Below are positions 30,381 to 40,800 of a DNA stretch of 64,000 nt, in pieces. The stretch is from an uncultured bacterium (GTDB lineage Bacteria; Krumholzibacteriota; Krumholzibacteriia; LZORAL124-64-63), in NCBI GenBank assembly GCA_963727525.1, contig CAVSGO010000005.1, positions 128,001 through 192,000 on the forward strand. Reading direction: 5' to 3'. The notes beneath the pieces are model-generated. The model did not search any database. It saw nothing but the letters and a program-made list of their open reading frames with translations, and had not been told where the DNA came from. Position numbers and translations under genes: made by a program. Numbering within the stretch: the stretch's first letter is position 1; every line of letters starts with the position of its first letter.

Positions 30381-31504
30381 CAGTACACCCCCGTCAACGA
30401 GAACGCGACCTGGTATCCGTGGATATCGAGACTGTGGTCGTTCGCCCCTCCGGTGAAGTAGCGTACGCCAAGGCTGGCGCGCAGGCGGTCCATCACCGTG
30501 ACCTCGCTATCCAGTCCATATGCCTGCACCCGGGAGGCCGGATTGCCGTACTCGTTGGAGTCGATCCAGCGCAGCTCGACCAGGGGACCCACCCGCCACG
30601 GGCGAGCCTTGGTGGCACCGTGGAACGCCGCTCGCGCGCTCCAGACCAGCTCGTTCCCGTATAGCCGCAGGTTTTGCAACACCGCGCCCGCATGGTCATA
30701 GGTGGTGGCGCGGTCGCGCAGGAGGTAGGAGATCCGGGTGCCCATGCCGATCCGGGCGCCGCGGTGGTCCACGCCCAGGCTGCTGCGCGTGTACCAGTTC
30801 TGACTGAAGACGTCCCGCCCGCCCACCCGGTCGGCCGTGAAATCGGCATACGTGAATCCGGCGAACGCGTGGAGTCCGGTACCCGTGGTCTCCGCGCGCA
30901 GCGTGGCGTTGATCTGATCGCCAGGGTCGTAGTCGTCGACCCCGACGTACGAGTTATAAGATCCGGCATACTCGTACGCGACGGTCGCACCGACCAGCAG
31001 AGATCCCCAGTCGACGGCCCCGCCCAGCGTGGCGCTGAGACCCAGCCCTTCGCCCAGACGACGCAACGGAAACGCGAGGATGTCCTGGGAGAGGTAGTGC
31101 ATCACGAGCCAGTCGTCGCCGTAATCGAGGTTCCTCTTGCCCGTCGGCAGATTGACGCCGAGACCGAGAATCACTCGGTCCCGCGCCAGCGTCTGGTTGA
31201 GCTGCAGGCGCACGTCGCCGAGCCCCGCGAGCTGGTGAGCATCGCCATCAACGGTGGCCTTGCTGGAGGCATACGCGAGCAGGTACCGCGCTTCAAGGTT
31301 CTCACGCAGGGGCACAAAGCCACCGAACGGCGCCACGACCTGATCGACAGTGACCTTCTGCGCCGTATCCTCGAGCGTCCACCCGGTCAACACGAAGCCG
31401 GCGTCGAGACTCGCGGGCGAACCGTACGAGATCTGCGCCCGGGCGGGCGTAGCCGCGACCATTGCGATGATGCCCAGGGCTGGCAACGACCACCGCGCGC
31501 GCAT
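30380..31504 (-). CDS. Putative outer-membrane beta-barrel protein
   Basis: Signal peptide; GLGD..L and LPTG transporter-barrel motifs; C-terminal aromatic residue (..FSLTGVY). Confidence 0.75.
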   Translation of the reverse strand: MRARWSLPALGIIAMVAATPARAQISYGSPASLDAGFVLTGWTLEDTAQKVTVDQVVAPFGGFVPLRENLEARYLLAYASSKATVDGDAHQLAGLGDVRLQLNQTLARDRVILGLGVNLPTGKRNLDYGDDWLVMHYLSQDILAFPLRRLGEGLGLSATLGGAVDWGSLLVGATVAYEYAGSYNSYVGVDDYDPGDQINATLRAETTGTGLHAFAGFTYADFTADRVGGRDVFSQNWYTRSSLGVDHRGARIGMGTRISYLLRDRATTYDHAGAVLQNLRLYGNELVWSARAAFHGATKARPWRVGPLVELRWIDSNEYGNPASRVQAYGLDSEVTVMDRLRASLGVRYFTGGANDHSLDIHGYQVAFSLTGVY

Positions 31505-32784
31505 CAGTAATCCCCCCCGATGACGAGCCGGACGCCCGTGACCGCACCGGTGTGCGGCGGTGTCGTGGTCGGCGATCCCGCGCCGTCTGTCGCGAGCGAC
31601 ACCGGCATCACGCCCGACTCGCCCTGCAGCACCTGGAAGAAGCGACCGCGCGCCCCGTCGGCCGCGAGGCCGGCGTCCGACGCCGCGTCGTCGCCGCCGC
31701 TGGCCGTGGCGACGTCCTCCGTCAACGCCGCCATGTCGGAGGCCTCGGTGAAGCCGCCATCAGCGTGGTGTGCCTTCTGGAACTCGACGGCCGCCTCGCG
31801 ATAGCGCCCCTCGTCGCGATAGGTCACCCCGCGGCTATACGCCAGGAACGCGGCGAAATTCTCGGTGGGAACCAACTCGATCGCGCTGCGCTCCTCGGGT
31901 GTGAGCGTGATACCGAGATCCGCGATGATGGCGAACGCCAGGTCCTTCTCCAGTCGGAAGAACCGCGTGAGCTGGCCCGCGACCGGATCGAGATCGCGGC
32001 TCGCGTCGGCCCTGGCGTCGGACAAGGCGCCGTAGAGTTCGAGCTGACCGCTGCTGGGCACTTGCACCGTACCCGTCACCAGGCGCCGGCTGCCCAGCAG
32101 ATGACCGGCGCGCACGCGCGTGGCCGGATCCACGAGGCCCGATTGCATCAGCTTCAGTTCGTCAGTGATGCGATCGATCTCCAGCCGCTCGAGCACCTTC
32201 AGCGCGTGCACCTTGCCCAGATCGAGCGCCAGGAAGTTGGCGAGCCCCTTGCCCATGGGTGCGAGTTCCGCCGGAAGATCGGCGGTGTCGAACGCCACCA
32301 CGGCGATCGTGTTGGCGGGGGGTGTTGTGAACTGACCGGTCGCCTCCGCGTCACGGGCTGCGCGGGCGAGCCGCGCCGCCTGGTTGCGCAGCAACGCCTC
32401 GTAGTGCGCATGAGCGAGCTGCCGCACGCTGCCCGAGGGCCGCATGGTGAGGACCTTGCGATACGCGGTCATGGCGGCGTCGGTATCGCCAGTGGCCTCG
32501 CTCACCAGCCCGCGGTAGAGCGTCGTGCGCAGGTCGGGTGCGAGCCGCGCGGCTGCGGTGAGGGCCGAATCGGCCTGCGCGTACTGCCCCAGGTTGTAAT
32601 AGACGACCCCGGCTTCCCGCCAAGCAACGGCGCTGTCGGGATGGCGCTGGATATCCTCCCGCAACGACGCGAGCGCTTCTTCTTGCCGCCCCTCGGCCAT
32701 GAGCTGGCGCGCCCGATAGTAGTTGTTCGGCGCGCACGCAGCGAGGCAGGACAACAGTACGATCAGGATCGAGAGCCTCAACAT
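31504..32784 (-). CDS. Lipoprotein with TPRs and a CsgG/FlgO-like domain
   Basis: Lipobox LAAC; TPRs; IAVVAF...LKVLER..I..ITDELKL...G.LLG....VTG. Confidence 0.8.
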   Translation of the reverse strand: MLRLSILIVLLSCLAACAPNNYYRARQLMAEGRQEEALASLREDIQRHPDSAVAWREAGVVYYNLGQYAQADSALTAAARLAPDLRTTLYRGLVSEATGDTDAAMTAYRKVLTMRPSGSVRQLAHAHYEALLRNQAARLARAARDAEATGQFTTPPANTIAVVAFDTADLPAELAPMGKGLANFLALDLGKVHALKVLERLEIDRITDELKLMQSGLVDPATRVRAGHLLGSRRLVTGTVQVPSSGQLELYGALSDARADASRDLDPVAGQLTRFFRLEKDLAFAIIADLGITLTPEERSAIELVPTENFAAFLAYSRGVTYRDEGRYREAAVEFQKAHHADGGFTEASDMAALTEDVATASGGDDAASDAGLAADGARGRFFQVLQGESGVMPVSLATDGAGSPTTTPPHTGAVTGVRLVIGGDY

Positions 32785-33105
32785 CGCGCATCCTCTTTCC
32801 CGCGTGGACGCCTTGCACACGTCTGGCATATTCGTACAGAATAAGGGTGATCACTCTCTCCTACCAACGCATGAATCGGCGAAGTTACCGCCCACGCCGG
32901 ATTTTCAACTGCAGTAAAGAAAACACGGGAAACGCGGCGGAACCGTCGATATTCGCGGCGCCGTACGCGCAGATTCGTGATACCATGTCGCCGACATACC
33001 GCGTAGGTGAACTTGCAGCAACCAGTTCGACCTCACCCTCGCAATCTGGAAAGTCGTCCACGCGAGGCCACCGTGACCTCGCGAACTCAGGTCAGGAGAT
33101 CACAC

Positions 33106-33831
33106 ATGGCGACGGTGCTCGACTGTGCTCGTCTCGCCCAGGCCGCGTATACCGGCACGGCGCCCGATGGATGGCGCGTGATCGGTAATCCCCAGTTGAC
33201 GACGGGTGGCCTGTGGGGTGCCTTCCAGGGGTATCTCTTCGCCCAGGGCAACATCGTCGTCGTTGCGTTCAAGGGGACGGCGCTCGACACCGCGGCGGCC
33301 GCCGGCGATGTGGTCGCGGATGCGAAGCTCGGTGTTGGCATGAACACCGTGCAATTCGATCAGGCGGAAGCGTTCCTGGACGACAACGCAGGATTCATAC
33401 CGAGGGGCGCCACGGTCTACGTCTGTGGGCACAGCCTCGGCGGCGCGATCGCCCAGATCGTGGGTAACAGGCGGCGACTGCCTTTCGTCACGTTCAACGC
33501 GCCCGGCGTCGGCGTCATCGCCGGCAACCTCGGCGATATGGCATCGCAGACGAGCGTGGGGCTGACCGCGCGCGCGGCTGGTTCCGTGCTCAGCGTGGTG
33601 CGGCACCCCGTGCAGGCCTGGCGCGACGCACGCTCGCTCTTCTACCGCGTACAGGGGACCAACGTGCGCCTCTCGTCGGATCCGGTGAGCATGGTCGGAA
33701 TCCACTACGGCCGGGTGGCCACGCTGTCCTACCTCGGCCTCGACGCCCACAGCATCGCCACCGTGATCCGGGTGCTCATGCAGAACCCGCCGACCGCGCT
33801 GGCGAATCTCGAGGGTTTCACACGACGCTGA
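33106..33831 (+). CDS. Lipase class 3/Mbeg1-like alpha/beta hydrolase
   Basis: VVVAFKGT, GHSLGG, TFNAPG, D and H of the triad; AGGAG RBS; no signal peptide. Confidence 0.85.
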   Translation: MATVLDCARLAQAAYTGTAPDGWRVIGNPQLTTGGLWGAFQGYLFAQGNIVVVAFKGTALDTAAAAGDVVADAKLGVGMNTVQFDQAEAFLDDNAGFIPRGATVYVCGHSLGGAIAQIVGNRRRLPFVTFNAPGVGVIAGNLGDMASQTSVGLTARAAGSVLSVVRHPVQAWRDARSLFYRVQGTNVRLSSDPVSMVGIHYGRVATLSYLGLDAHSIATVIRVLMQNPPTALANLEGFTRR

Positions 33832-33859
33832 CCGTGGCCACCTTGACCGACTGGACGAC

Positions 33860-36661
33860 CTACTTGATCAAGCTCATCTTGATCGTCTGACCCTCGCGGG
33901 CGCCGTCCACGAAGACCTGGCTGAAGTACAGCCCGCTCGCCAGGGGATTGCCCTGCTGGTCCCGGCCGTCCCAGTGGACAGAACCGGGGCCGGCGCCGCG
34001 CACCTCACCGGCGAGCTGACGCACGAGACGCCCGTTGACGTCGTACACGCGCGCCTCCACCCGACCGCCGCGCGCGAGGGCGAACTGGATATCGGTGCTC
34101 GGGTTGAAGGGGTTCGGTGCGTTGCGGAGGCTGCCGTCGATCAGTGCGTTGGCCGCCGTCGCGAAACGGATATCGCCCGCGCCGTTCACGACTGCGGCCG
34201 CACCGGACGCGTCAGCACCGGCGACGATCAGGCGACCCATGGCCGCATTCTCGCCGATCGTGCAGAGCACCGACCCCGCACCGGCGGCGCGTTCCAGGAA
34301 GACGGCGCCGGGCCGGTCGTCCGTCGCTCTCAGCGTGACGGTGAGCGCACAGACCGATCGGCCGGCGGCCTTCGCGACCTGGGGTTCGCTCCAGCCGATC
34401 ATGAATTCGGGCGGCTCGCTCACGTTGATCTGACCATCGCGGAACGACCACTGCACGATGTCGAGGTTGTCAGTCGTGCGTAGGCGGCCCTCGAGACCTC
34501 TCAGGCCCCGCGCGACGGCCTCGCCACTGACCAGCACATGCGCCTGGAAAAGATCGCCGGGCGCAACCGTGATCGACGGCTGCACCGCGTCACGCACGAA
34601 GGACACCGCGACCATGCCCATGTCCGGCGCATCCGCTGCGTGCGGCTGGCCGGAGCCGCATGTCGCAGCGATCGCCGACGCCAGCTGCGATAGGTCGGAG
34701 AGATTGATGACGTCGTCCCAGTTGAAATCGCTGCGGTAGTGGTACGCGTTGTAGAAATCCCCGGCGAAGAGCGTCACGTCGCTCAGGTCCACGATCAGGT
34801 TGCCGTCGATATCCGGGCCGTTGAACGTCATGGGGATTCCTGGCTGGTTGATCGGGCTGCCGGCGATGTAGACGTTCGTCGTCTCGCCCTCGGAGTGTCC
34901 GCCACCGGCGATCGGTACGGTGAACGTCGTGTGGCCGTTCGCATCGGTGTCGTGGTCGGCGTTGGAACCTCCCGCACAGATGACGAGCCCGCCACCGCTC
35001 GTCTGGAGCCACATATCCTCTCCCGGATAGAACGGGATGGGGTTGCCGAAGTAGTCGGCCAGGGTCACCGTGATCGTCGCATCGACGATCGTACCGCCCT
35101 CGGCGAAGCTCTCGCCCAGCGGTTGACCGTTGCGATCCGGACGGGTGAAGACCGATACCGGACCCGGATGGGCGACGGTGTAGCTGGCGATCAGCTCGAA
35201 GGGACTGCCGTATTCGAAGTGCTGGAAATAGGCGCCCTGATCGACGGTATCCCCGCCGATCCAGATGACGCCGATGGAGATGAAGATGTCGGTCACCGGG
35301 ACCGGGATCGCCTCCACTGTCATCGGCATGCCCACGGCCACGCCCACGTCGTTCACCTGCCTCGGCGCACCCCATATGATCTCGCGGCCGTCAATATCGG
35401 GAACCCCGACCACGGCGTCATAGGCGAGCCACACGAGATCGCCGGCGTCGGCCGGCTGCTGGAAGATCACGGCGAAACCCGAACCCAGGCGCCCGCCCAC
35501 GCGGGGTTCACGATACGACACGTCCGCTTCCGGCAACGCGACGTCTGTGGAGCTCCAGGTGGCGCCACCGGTGACGGACAGCTGGGACTTGATCCCGGTG
35601 CCGATGGCATAGGCATACTCGTAGACGACCATGACCTGGTCGTCGTAGGCCGCGATCGACGTCGCACCGGTCGTGCTGTCCAGATCCTCGACCGGATAGG
35701 GAGCCGACGCCCCATCATCGACGCGGACGACGTGCACCCGATCGTCCACGCTCCGGAATGACGCCAGGAAAGAGTTCTCGCCCGCGTTCCAGTGCACCGA
35801 CAGGCCACCACTCGCGTCCGTGATGCCCGGTGCGAGGTCCGACCAGACGAAGACCGGCGGCGTCATCACGCGCATCGCCAGGCCGTGGTCGGCGAGGACG
35901 CCGACACAGAACACCCGATCGTTCGCGTCGTCGGCATTGGTCTCGACGGCAACCTCCCTGACCTCCACCGGGTAGGACGCCACGTGCTGGGTCGCAAAGA
36001 TCGGATCCGCACTGGCATCCGCGAGGGAGAACCGCTGCATGTCGATCGCCGTGTTGTCGCCGTCACCCGTCGCGGTGTAGCCCACGTAGAGGTAATCGGC
36101 ACCCACCCGGCCACTGACGGCGGTGATCGGCGTCGCGCTCAGATAGGCGTACGTCTCCTGCCAGGTCTCACCGTCGTCGACGGACAGGTTGACCGACCAG
36201 CCGCTGCCCCCGCCGGCCAGGTCGAACGTCAGGACCGAGTAGAGCTGGAAGTTGAGCAGTGCGTATGCCACATAGTCGAGCCCCACGTCCTTCACGCGTT
36301 CACGGTCACCGATGCGCCGATCGTCGCGGTTCGCGTCGGCCCGCGGCGCGAGCCACTGGATACCGACGGCCAGCGGCGTGGCGCTCTGCTCGGCCTCGAA
36401 CGCCCGCAGCATCGTGAGCGCCGCATCCGTCTGCCCGGAGTTCCAGGACGCCGCGATCGCACGGGCCGCGTCGCGCTGCGTCGCCGGCATGCCGGCCGGC
36501 AACTGGAGTGTGATCCGGGCCTCGTCCCGGCTGGCCGGCGCCATGGCGCCGAGTTGCAGCGCGAGCGTGGCCGGTCTAGCCCAGGCCGCACTCGCCCCCG
36601 CGAGCCCCGCCGTGACGAGCATCACGGCAAGCAATAGCGACTTTCGTGGTAAGCCTTCCAT
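33860..36661 (-). CDS. Large secreted multidomain protein (propeller-like, Ig-like, dockerin-like, FlgD-Ig CTD)
   Basis: Signal peptide; SxDxGxTW Asp-boxes; DIDGNLIVDLSD and DFNWDDVINLSD; PNPFNP...MSLIK. Confidence 0.85.
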   Translation of the reverse strand: MEGLPRKSLLLAVMLVTAGLAGASAAWARPATLALQLGAMAPASRDEARITLQLPAGMPATQRDAARAIAASWNSGQTDAALTMLRAFEAEQSATPLAVGIQWLAPRADANRDDRRIGDRERVKDVGLDYVAYALLNFQLYSVLTFDLAGGGSGWSVNLSVDDGETWQETYAYLSATPITAVSGRVGADYLYVGYTATGDGDNTAIDMQRFSLADASADPIFATQHVASYPVEVREVAVETNADDANDRVFCVGVLADHGLAMRVMTPPVFVWSDLAPGITDASGGLSVHWNAGENSFLASFRSVDDRVHVVRVDDGASAPYPVEDLDSTTGATSIAAYDDQVMVVYEYAYAIGTGIKSQLSVTGGATWSSTDVALPEADVSYREPRVGGRLGSGFAVIFQQPADAGDLVWLAYDAVVGVPDIDGREIIWGAPRQVNDVGVAVGMPMTVEAIPVPVTDIFISIGVIWIGGDTVDQGAYFQHFEYGSPFELIASYTVAHPGPVSVFTRPDRNGQPLGESFAEGGTIVDATITVTLADYFGNPIPFYPGEDMWLQTSGGGLVICAGGSNADHDTDANGHTTFTVPIAGGGHSEGETTNVYIAGSPINQPGIPMTFNGPDIDGNLIVDLSDVTLFAGDFYNAYHYRSDFNWDDVINLSDLSQLASAIAATCGSGQPHAADAPDMGMVAVSFVRDAVQPSITVAPGDLFQAHVLVSGEAVARGLRGLEGRLRTTDNLDIVQWSFRDGQINVSEPPEFMIGWSEPQVAKAAGRSVCALTVTLRATDDRPGAVFLERAAGAGSVLCTIGENAAMGRLIVAGADASGAAAVVNGAGDIRFATAANALIDGSLRNAPNPFNPSTDIQFALARGGRVEARVYDVNGRLVRQLAGEVRGAGPGSVHWDGRDQQGNPLASGLYFSQVFVDGAREGQTIKMSLIK

Positions 36662-36947
36662 GACAAAACCCCCTCGAACATGTTGATGTTGGCATACCGG
36701 ACATGATTTCGGGAATATAGCGTACCTGCGTAATGATACAGACTTCAGAAGTCGGAATCCACAGTACTGTCCGACGCGTTCATGAAGGTGCCCACGAGCC
36801 ACCATGCGTGATTTACTCCCACGACCACCCGATCGCCGATCCCTAAGCCAGGGAAAGATCTGTGCACGCTACGCACGGAAGACGGCGGCGTGCAGTCGCG
36901 CCAGCTGACTTTGATGAAGTGATCGCGATGCGGCCGCGCCCCCGTGA

Positions 36948-37628
36948 TCAGGGGGCACCGTGACCATAGAGCGACTTCACGTCGCCCCAGCTCCGAGACT
37001 GGACAGCCACCGCGTCGCAGGTGGTCTCGACCGCATGGTCGACGATGAGATAGGGTCCCTCGAAATTGACACCGACGTCACCGTAGACGTCGAGCACGGT
37101 TTCCGTCCCGAAGTACTCGTAGAGCGAGATCCCACCACCGATGCCGAGAACCAAGGGCCCCCAGTACCATGAAGGCATCCAGCATGAATCGGAACATGGC
37201 GCGATACCATGGCCGAATACACCACCGCTCACGACACGGCCGCGGATCAGCGGGGCACCGTGGGGATTGGCGATGGTTGAGCTGTGGAAACCGAATTCGA
37301 AACCGACGAGGTTGCCCTGGGTGTCGATTGCCCGGATCGAGTAACTGTTCGCAAGTTCCCGGTACGCCGGATAGTCGATGACCTGCAGCCCCTCGGTGAA
37401 CGCCACAGGTTCTTCGGTGAGCGGAACGCTGGCTGCACAGACACCCATGGCGTCGCGCACGACGGTGTAGCCGACCGTTTCGCCCCAGGCCGGCGGCATG
37501 GGATCAACGACGGTCACTGTGAGGGTCACGCCATCGCCGTCGCTGGTGGCGGTGATCGATGCCGTGAAAGCACGGGCCGGTACCGCACAGCTGATCAGAC
37601 CGAGCATCGTCAGGATCGTCGTCTTCAT
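36948..37628 (-). CDS. Secreted protein with a C-terminal SWGxxKxLY motif
   Basis: GGAG RBS; signal peptide MKTTIL...ARA; ends VAVQSRSWGDVKSLYGHGAP. Confidence 0.8.
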   Translation of the reverse strand: MKTTILTMLGLISCAVPARAFTASITATSDGDGVTLTVTVVDPMPPAWGETVGYTVVRDAMGVCAASVPLTEEPVAFTEGLQVIDYPAYRELANSYSIRAIDTQGNLVGFEFGFHSSTIANPHGAPLIRGRVVSGGVFGHGIAPCSDSCWMPSWYWGPLVLGIGGGISLYEYFGTETVLDVYGDVGVNFEGPYLIVDHAVETTCDAVAVQSRSWGDVKSLYGHGAP

Positions 37629-37870
37629 ATTCGTCTCCCCTCGACTGGCGACCATCGAAGCGCATTCGTCGCTTCGGGCGCGAGTAAACCATCGGCCCAA
37701 CTTGCTGTCATTGCCCTGCAATATCAAACCAAATTTATCGTATATTATTAAATAACAACGGCTTGCATGGCCCAAGACTTTCAGGAAACACGCCGTCCGT
37801 GTTAGAATCAAGCGTCAGGCATCTGTGCGTCCGCATCCTCGCACCTTGTTCCCACCGAGAGAGGTCGACC

Positions 37871-40800
37871 ATGGGCTTTGGTATATCGCTGGAGAGCGCA
37901 GTCCGCCGCGCGCCGCTTGCAGTCTTCGTCCTCGCCATCGTCCTCGCGCCGGCTGTCGCAAGTGCCGGCTGGGTCGATCTGGGCGGCCAGGACCCCGTCC
38001 AGGTGCGGCTCGTGTCCGACGACGGGACCCGCAGCGTCGTGGAGATCACGATCGGCGGCTTTGAAGCCGATGCCGTCACCATCGATGGGCAGGTCTACTA
38101 CCAGATCAGCCTGCCGCGGGAGGGGCGGTCGAAGCTCGTCGGCATGCCCGAGCTGCCGTCTGTGCGGCGCAGCCTCATCATCCCCGACAATGCCGCAATG
38201 GACGTGCACGTGCTCCAGGCGGAGACGGTGGATCTGCCCTACCCCGTCGCGCCGTCGAAGGGCGACCTTCTGCGCACCGTCGACCCCGCCACGGTGCCCT
38301 ACACGTTAGACGCCTTCTACGACGGCAGTGACGTGTTTCCTGCCACGCCCGCCCATCTCGACGACCCGTACATCCTGCGTGACTATCGCGCCGCCGTGAT
38401 GTCGGCCGACGTGTTCCACTACCTGCCCGCCACGCAGACGCTGCGGGTGACGACGCGTCTGGTGGTGGAGATCGCACCGGTGGGGCCGGGCCGCGTGAAC
38501 GTGCTGCACGAGCACGCGTCGGCCGGTCACCTCGACGCCCAGTTCGCCAACCTCTATTCCGACCGCTTCCTCAACTACGCCGAGCGCCAGCGGTATACGC
38601 CGATGCCGGAGGATGGCGGCCTGCTCATCATCAGTTACGACGCCTATGCTGCTTACCTGGAGCCGTTGGTCGCCTGGAAGAATCAGCGCGGCCTGCCGAC
38701 CCGCCTGGTGACGCTGGCTGACACGGGCCCCACCTACACCGACATCTTCAACTACATCCAGAATGCATACCAGACCACCGACCTCGCCTACGTCCTGCTC
38801 GTGGGTGACGGGCAATACGTGCCGAAGTACGGCTCCGATTCCGATCCGTGCTACGCGCTGCTGGCCGGCGGCGACAACTACCCGGAGATCTTCGTCGGGC
38901 GCTTCTCGGCCGAGTCGCCGCAAGATGTCCAGACGCAGGTTGCGCGCACCATCGCTTACGAACGAGACACCATCGCGGGCGACGCCTCGCGGTGGCTGCA
39001 GAGCGGCACCGGCGTGGCCTCCGACCAGGGCCCTGGCCACTTCGGCGAGTACGACTTCCAGCACATGGACAACATCCGCACCGATCTGATCGGTTTCGGC
39101 TACTCCACCGTCGATCAGATCTATGATCCCAGCGCCACCGCCGCGATGGTGTCCGCCGCGTTGAACGGCGGCCGCGGCATCGTGAACTACTGCGGCCATG
39201 GCAGTCAGACGTCGTGGGGCACCACCGGCTTCAGCAACACCAACGTCAACGCGCTGGTGAACGACGGCCGCCTGCCGTTCATCTTCAGCGTGGCGTGCAA
39301 CAACGGCACCTTCACCGGCGGCACGTGCTTCGCCGAGGCCTGGCTGCGCGCCACGAGCGGCGGCCAGCCGACCGGTGCCGTGGCCACGTACATGTCGTAC
39401 ATCAGCCAGTCGTGGGATCCACCGATGTACGCGGAAGACGAGGCCATCGACCTGCTCGTGGCCGACCAGGCGCGCACGATCGGCGGGCTGTGGTTCAACG
39501 GTTCCTGCGAGATGATGGACGTGTCCGGCGCGACCGGCATGACCGAGTTCCGCAACTGGACCATCTTCGGCGACCCGTCGCTGAATGTGCGCACGAAGAC
39601 ACCTGGTGTCATGGCTGTGAACCATTCCGGCGTGCTGCTGATCGGTATGAGCGACTACGCCGTCGACGTGCCGGGCATGGCCGGCGCGGCGTGCGCGCTC
39701 TACGGCAACGGCGTGCTCTACGGCGTGGGTGCCACCGATGCCTCGGGCCATGCGGTGATCGCCATGGCCGCCCCGCCGACGGCCCCCACCTCGCTCACGC
39801 TCACGGTCTCCGCGTACAACCAGGCGACCGTGGTGGAGCCGGTAGCGGTGTTGCCGCCCGATGGCCCGTATCTCGTCTTCGACGCGGTGCTGGTCAGCGA
39901 CCCGGCCGGCGACGGCGACGGTCACCTCGACTACGGCGAGTCTGCCGGCCTCACGCTGTCGCTCGAGAACGTGGGCGTGGAAGCGGCCACGAACGTGATG
40001 GCGGTGCTCGGTAGCGAGGATCCTCAGGTCATCGTCGTCGCCGGTGACGCCACCTTCGGCGACATCGCCGCCGGCGGTGCCGCCACGTGCGCCGCCCCGT
40101 GCGCGATCACAGTGGCCGGCAACGTGAGCGACGGCCAGATGCTGCCCTTCACCCTGCACGTCACCGCCGACAACGGCGTGTGGGACACCACCTTCTCGCT
40201 GTCCGTGCAGGCACCGATCCTCGCGGTGCAGGAGGTGGCCGTGGACGATGCGAGCCATGGCGACCACGACGGCTATGCCGACGCCGGCGAGACGGTGGGC
40301 CTGCGCATCCGTATCGTGAACACCGGCCATGCCGACTCCGGCCCGCTGACAGGCGCAGTGGCAAGCGCGAACCCGGACGTCGACGTGATCACGCCCGCCG
40401 TGACGAGCGCCGCGGTGCCGGCCGGTGGCTTCACGGATCTGAGCGGCTGCAGTATCGCGATCGCGGGGAGCTGCCCCGAGCCGTCGTACCTCACCCTCAC
40501 CGTCGACGGCGCCGACGAGATCGGCTGCGCGGTGACCGGCACGTTCCGCCTCTCGGTGGGCGGCTGGTACGACGACGCCGACGACGACCGCGGCTGGACA
40601 CTCGGCCTCGCCGGCGACACGGCGACGAGCGGCGACTGGATCCGGGCGGAACCCGTGGGAACGGTCTACAACGGTTCGCCGGTGCAACCCGAAACGGACC
40701 ATACCGACGATCCGGGGACGCTGTGCTTCGTCACCGGCAACGGCACCGTGGGTGGCGCGGCTGGCGACGCCGATGTCGATGGCGGCACGACCACGCTGCT

